64,000 nt of DNA from assembly GCF_000315625.1 (NCBI RefSeq), contig NW_005434639.1, positions 1 through 64,000 of the forward strand, written 5' to 3'. The notes beneath the pieces were generated by a model that was not told the origin of the DNA, made no database searches, and worked only from the letters and a program-made list of their open reading frames with translations. The DNA comes from Guillardia theta CCMP2712. Its lineage: Eukaryota > Protista > Cryptophyta. The first letter of the stretch is position 1. Each line of letters begins with the position of its first letter. Both the position numbers and the translations under genes were made by a program. Below are positions 59,122-64,000 of this stretch, in pieces.

Positions 59122-61058
59122 CCTTCACCTCCCTCCTGCTCTGGATCTCTTCCTAGCTCTTATCGCCCTCCTTCCTCTTCGCCCTCCTTCACCTGCAGCC
59201 CGAGACTGGAGACAGGGGTCCTCGGGGTCTTGAGGGGGGTGATGGGCCGGAGAGCCGCCGGAGCCCATGCGCCAGGGTCGTTCATGACCCCAACATCCAG
59301 CTGATGCTCCGCCGCCTTTCTTGCCTGCCCTCTCTCTGTCTCTTCCCCGCTGTGACAACAAGTGAGCAGAGGCAGGGAGAGAGGAAGAAAGGAGAGGAGG
59401 AAGGGAGGGAGGAGGGGAGGGAGGGGGGGAAAGGGAGGTAGGACGGAGAAGGGGCAGACCTGAGATGGTCATCCTCAGCCGCCTTGCAATTGCTCTTAGA
59501 CTCCTTCGCACGCGTCAGCAAAGCACACGTTCTCTTCCTCTCCTCTACCTGCTCCTTAAGCTCTGCTTCCGCCTGATGTAGCAGCAGCATTGCCTCCTCC
59601 TTCAGCAGGCTTGCGAACAGCTGCTCTCGAGCTTCGAGCACGCACATCTCCTTCAACTGCTTCCTTAGCTCTTCCTCAGCAACCGATCGGATCTCTTCGC
59701 GCAGCAGATCGATGAGGACATCTTGATTCAGCTGTTTGGCTGCTTCCCACAGCAGCTGCTCCTTCCTCCTCTGCGCTGCCTTCTCCACTTCCTCGTCCTC
59801 CTTTCCTCCGCCCGAGACTTCCTCCTCCCTCCCATGTTGTTCCGCGTCTGCACATGCTGTCGACTTGGTGGAGGCCTCTGCTTCGCTTCCTGCTTGTGGG
59901 GAGGATGCAACTTCCCTTCCTCCTCCTCCTTTTCCTTCGACGACTCCATCACTGGCACGTCGTTGCTCCACAGCCCATCATGTAAAACCTTCTCTTCCTT
60001 GTCCGTCAGCTTTCCTCTCCCGTGCCTCAACCCCTTCAGCCAGTCTCCCTCGTATTGCCCTCCGTCCTTGTACAGCTTCGTTCCCTTTCCTGCCAGAGGT
60101 CTATCAGGAGAGTAGGAAATGGTAGGCATTGTGTGCGGGTTGGAGCAAGAGGAGGATGAGGAGGATGAGGAGGTGGTGATGTGGGTGGTGGCAGAGAAGG
60201 AGAAGGAGGAGGAGCAGATACCGCAGATATCGTCGTCCTTGAAATCTCCCTCATATACATCCCCGCAGCGAAAGGAGAAAACTCCCTTCCCAGCCTTCTT
60301 GCCCTTCACCCATCCTCCCTCATACTTCTCCCCCGACGCGTACGAGTACTTCCCCTTCCCATGTGCCCTGTCGTCTTTCCATTCCCCCTCGTACCGATCG
60401 CCATTCGAGTACTCACACACGCCTCTCCCACACGCCCGATCGCACCGCCAATCCCCGTCGTAGCAGTTGCCGTTGCTGAACGTGTAGCATCCTTCCCCGT
60501 GCTTCTGGTTCTTCGTCCACTTCCCCTTGTACACATCACCGTTGGCGTACGAGCAGGTCCCGTAGCCATGCCGCATGTCATCCTTCCATCGCCCGTCATA
60601 GACTACCCCGTTAGCGCATTTGTAGACTCCCTTCCCGTTCTTGGCTCCCATCGACCAGTCTCCTTCATACTTGTCTCCGTTGTTGAACAGAATCGTTCCT
60701 GTATCTTTCTGTCAGATCGAGCAGGAGGAGCAGGAGGAGCAGGAGGAGGGAACAATTCTACGTTAGACTGGGAGAAAAACTGCTGCACTAGGAAACGACA
60801 ATGGTGGAGCTGACCTGTCTCGACCTTCTTTCCAAACTTGTAGGTCACATAGTCGACATTGTATGTCTCCCCTGTCTCTGTCACGTAAGAGAAAGGTCCC
60901 TCCTCCCCTTCGATCCCCTTGATCCACGAGCATCCCTCCTTGGAGCTCTTCATACTTGTATCCCCCACCTGGAATGTCTCAACATCAGCCCCACTTGACA
61001 CAACAGATACGATGCACGATGTCTGACTTGATGTCATATCAAACATGCGATCAAACAA
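58503..61058 (-). CDS. MORN-repeat protein with coiled-coil C-terminus (multi-exon)
   Basis: Repeated YEGxWxxxxxHGxGxxxYxNG. Confidence 0.9.
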
Positions 61059-61672
61059 TCTCGCAGCACCTCCGCTTCACTATAACTCCACGCGCAAATA
61101 CTCTTTTCCACCCAACGACGATCGTGAATTGTTCTGATTTCTTCTTCCTCCTCCTCCCGTTCAACCATCACCATCAGGTTCCGCTCTCTCCTCCTCCTCG
61201 TCCTCTGAACCTTCTCCCTCTTCTCCTTCTTCTCCTAGTCCTCCTCTCTTCTCTCTCTCCTCTCCTCCTTCCCCTCCTCCTCTTTCGTTATCTTTCCCCA
61301 TCTCCGGCATCAACGGAAACAAGCCTACTCTCCACCCCTACCCCCTCTTTCGACTGTCAATGACCGCATTAACCCTACCAAGTCACTACCCTACCCTCTT
61401 TCTTATATAGAGAACACCCACCCTTAAGTAGCTCTCGCATACCCTACCCCCCAAAAGACCGACCACCCCTTGGAGCTATAGTCAAACACTACCCACCCCG
61501 ATATTAAACAATTCACTACACCCTACCCCTACTTATACCTGTATAGACCCCTATTCTCTACTAAAAAGTAACAACACTACCCCACCCACTGCATGTAAGG
61601 GACTTTAGAGATTTTATTGCCGAAGGCTACCCCCCATATCCATAGCCAAAAGGACCCCTGCTGATCCTTACC

Positions 61673-63050
61673 ATGAAAATGGCGAGATGCCCAGAAAGTA
61701 GGGGAACAGCGACGAGCACGAGGAAGAGGGGCAGGGCAGGAGGGGCAGCAGCAGCAGGAGAGACGATGAGTTCTGCAGGAAAGATGTGGAGCAGTAGGAT
61801 GAGAAAGTGAGAGGAGGTGTGGAGGATAGGAGGGTAGAGGATGGGTCGAACCATAGCAGTGTCAAAAGAGGACCATGACGTCAAGTGCGGGTTTGAGGAG
61901 ATGGGGATGGCGAGGGAATGAGAGTGGGACACCAGCGTTGTAGATGGAGGAGGAGAAGGAGGAGAAGAAGGAGATGGAGAAGGAGATGGAAGAGGAGATG
62001 GAGATGGAGATGGAGATGTGGAGGAGGGTGGTGGGATGGACAGAATGAGGGAGAGAATTCAGAAATTAGCGCTGTACCAGACTTTGTTTCCTCTATGATT
62101 GTTCATCATCGTGTTTCCTTGTTTTGACGTTGCATCTTGGACACAGGGCTCTGGCAGCAAGCGGCAATGGGTGAAAATCGGCTGACAGCTTTGGTTCTTT
62201 GCTGATCAAGAGACGCGCAGATCTTAGTCAGGCATGGCAGCGGCCTCCTCGGCACATCGTCGACAAGGTTTGATGATCGAGGGAGTGGTTGGAAGGGAGG
62301 AAGAAGATGATGATGTGGTTGTGGGTGGAGGCGAGGGAGGAGGCGGAAGAGCAGGCGGTTGAGGAGGAGGCGGCGGGAGAGGAGGAGGAGGAGGAGGAGG
62401 CGGAGGACGAGGTGAAATCTGTTCAGATCGAAAGCCTGCTGGAGCTGGGGAAGTCCAACGCGGCCATCAAGAACCATCACACTTTGATTGATTATTCTTT
62501 AACCGAGCGACAGGCAAGGGCTGACATGGGGTATGAGGAGCAGGTGACCGAGTTTGCAGATAGAGGACGTTAGGAGGGACTGGGTTGAGAATCGACAGTG
62601 GGAGAACAGAAAGCGAGAGATAAAGGCTCTTGACCGATCATTCGACGGCCAGAAGACTAACACGCCAGGGAGAAGTCCCAAAAGGTCGTCCGTTTCCTCC
62701 CTTCTCCTCCTCCTCCTCCTCCTCCTCTTCCTCCTTCTCCTCCCTTCCTCCTCCTCCTCCCTTCCTCCTCTTCCTCCTTTCTCTCCCTCCTCATGATCTT
62801 CTTCTCCCTCTCCTCCTCCCTGCAGCAACTGTGTGTGATGGAGTTGGATCAGCCCGAAAGACATCACCATGAACATGTACACGGGTGAAATCGTCCAGGT
62901 GACAATACCATCAATCCCTCGGCTTCCTCTGACCTGCAGCCGTCAAGACGCTGAAGGGAGGACCCAAGAACTGGCCACAAGAGGTCGTCGCGCACATCCA
63001 GAGCCTCCTGCAGCTGGGATGGAGCGATGCCAAGGTGAGCTGGTGAGAGG
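61673..63050 (+). CDS. Hypothetical acidic/charged multi-exon protein
   Basis: Short GT-AG exons with Glu-rich content; no domain recognised. Confidence 0.35.
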
Positions 63051-63053
63051 AGA

Positions 63054-63246
63054 NNNNNNNNNNNNNNNNNNNNNNNNNNNNNNNNNNNNNNNNNNNNNNN
63101 NNNNNNNNNNNNNNNNNNNNNNNNNNNNNNNNNNNNNNNNNNNNNNNNNNNNNNNNNNNNNNNNNNNNNNNNNNNNNNNNNNNNNNNNNNNNNNNNNNNN
63201 NNNNNNNNNNNNNNNNNNNNNNNNNNNNNNNNNNNNNNNNNNNNNN
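63054..63246. other. Assembly gap (N run)
   Basis: Ns. Confidence 1.
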
Positions 63247-64000
63247 NGAGGGGCGTCGTCTGTGGCTGCTAACAACCACCTAATATTCCCCGTTATCCCC
63301 CCACCTGATAACTGAAGAAGAAAGAAAAAGGACACCCCCCAAGAAAAAAAAAAAAAAAAACCACTCTCCAAAAAAAAAAAAAAAAAAAAAGCCGTTTTTT
63401 TTTTTTTTTTTTTTTTTTTTTTGGTGTTGAGAAAGTAGAGGAAGTGGCTCTCCCGCCCTCGGAGGCGGCCGACACGCCGCAGGAGGAGGAGGAGGAGGAG
63501 GAGGAGGAGGAGGAGGAGGAGGAGGAGAGTCTTCTGGGCTCTTGAGTAACATGCTCGTCAGGTCGGCCTTGTCCGCAACCTCCCGCTGCCCAAGAGCCCG
63601 AAGGATTCAAAGTCTGTCTTGACTCCTCTCCCTGCTTGCCTCCTGCTGAGCAGACCCCAGGATGTGCAAGCAGCTGGAGCAGGACACTTACATCAAGGTG
63701 GTTGTGGTAGATGACGCGCTGGGGATGATGGTTGGAGAAGGTCAAGACTCTGATCTTGGAGGGAAAGACGAACACAGGTTTGCTGTCCCTCCTCGCACTC
63801 TCGCTCCTCCTCTCATTGCCTTGCCTGCAGCTATCATGAATCATCACTGGATAGTGGACCAAGAGATCTCAGAAGCGCACGTACGACTGGAGAGATGGGG
63901 AAGGCGGCGAGAAGAGGAAGGAGGAAGGGATAAAACTTTGGGGAGGAGGATTGGAGAAGGGAGGGAGAGGAGAAGGGAGAGAAGGAAGAGGCGGGACGAG

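Noticed and set aside
63300-63430. Long A-run/T-run hairpin resembling a terminator or element end
   Set aside because: Adjacent to an N gap and looks like low-quality read-end sequence.

Overview
Eukaryotic chromosome end, telomere toward position 1 (C-rich CCCTAAA repeats on +). The short GT-AG introns, microsatellite-filled introns and TTTAGGG telomeres suggest an alga/protist, plausibly a cryptophyte such as Guillardia (inference only). From ~18.65 kb onward it is ordinary intron-rich host DNA: ZCCHC8-like, PLAT+GT11 fucosyltransferase, multi-domain SET methyltransferase, ankyrin, CDK-like kinase, MCMBP, PDZ, collagen-like and MORN genes. The distal 18.6 kb is a stack of units that appears to have been added beyond an older, degenerate telomere (18550-18647). 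Reading the G-rich (-) strand toward the chromosome end, each unit is: TTTAGGG tract, then an element-specific 20-bp tandem repeat, then retroelement ORF1, then foreign cargo, then the next TTTAGGG tract. Unit A (14627 down to ~4450) is a ~10-kb non-LTR retrotransposon. It has an RRM-like ORF1 joined by a TAATG stop-start to a frameshifted ORF2 encoding a Ulp1/C48 protease, AP endonuclease, RT, dead RNase H-like domain, CCHC knuckle and restriction-like endonuclease, i.e. two endonucleases as in Dualen/RandI. Distal to it are a tRNA-like Pol III element and an AT-rich, intronless virus-like gene cassette cut mid-gene and capped by telomere repeats. Unit B (18550 down to 14947) has a divergent ORF1 paralog, its own related 20-mer, an antisense CDC7 kinase fragment and a (TAA)n tail. 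The interleaving of telomerase-type repeats with retroelement-specific 20-mers is the candidate undescribed system.
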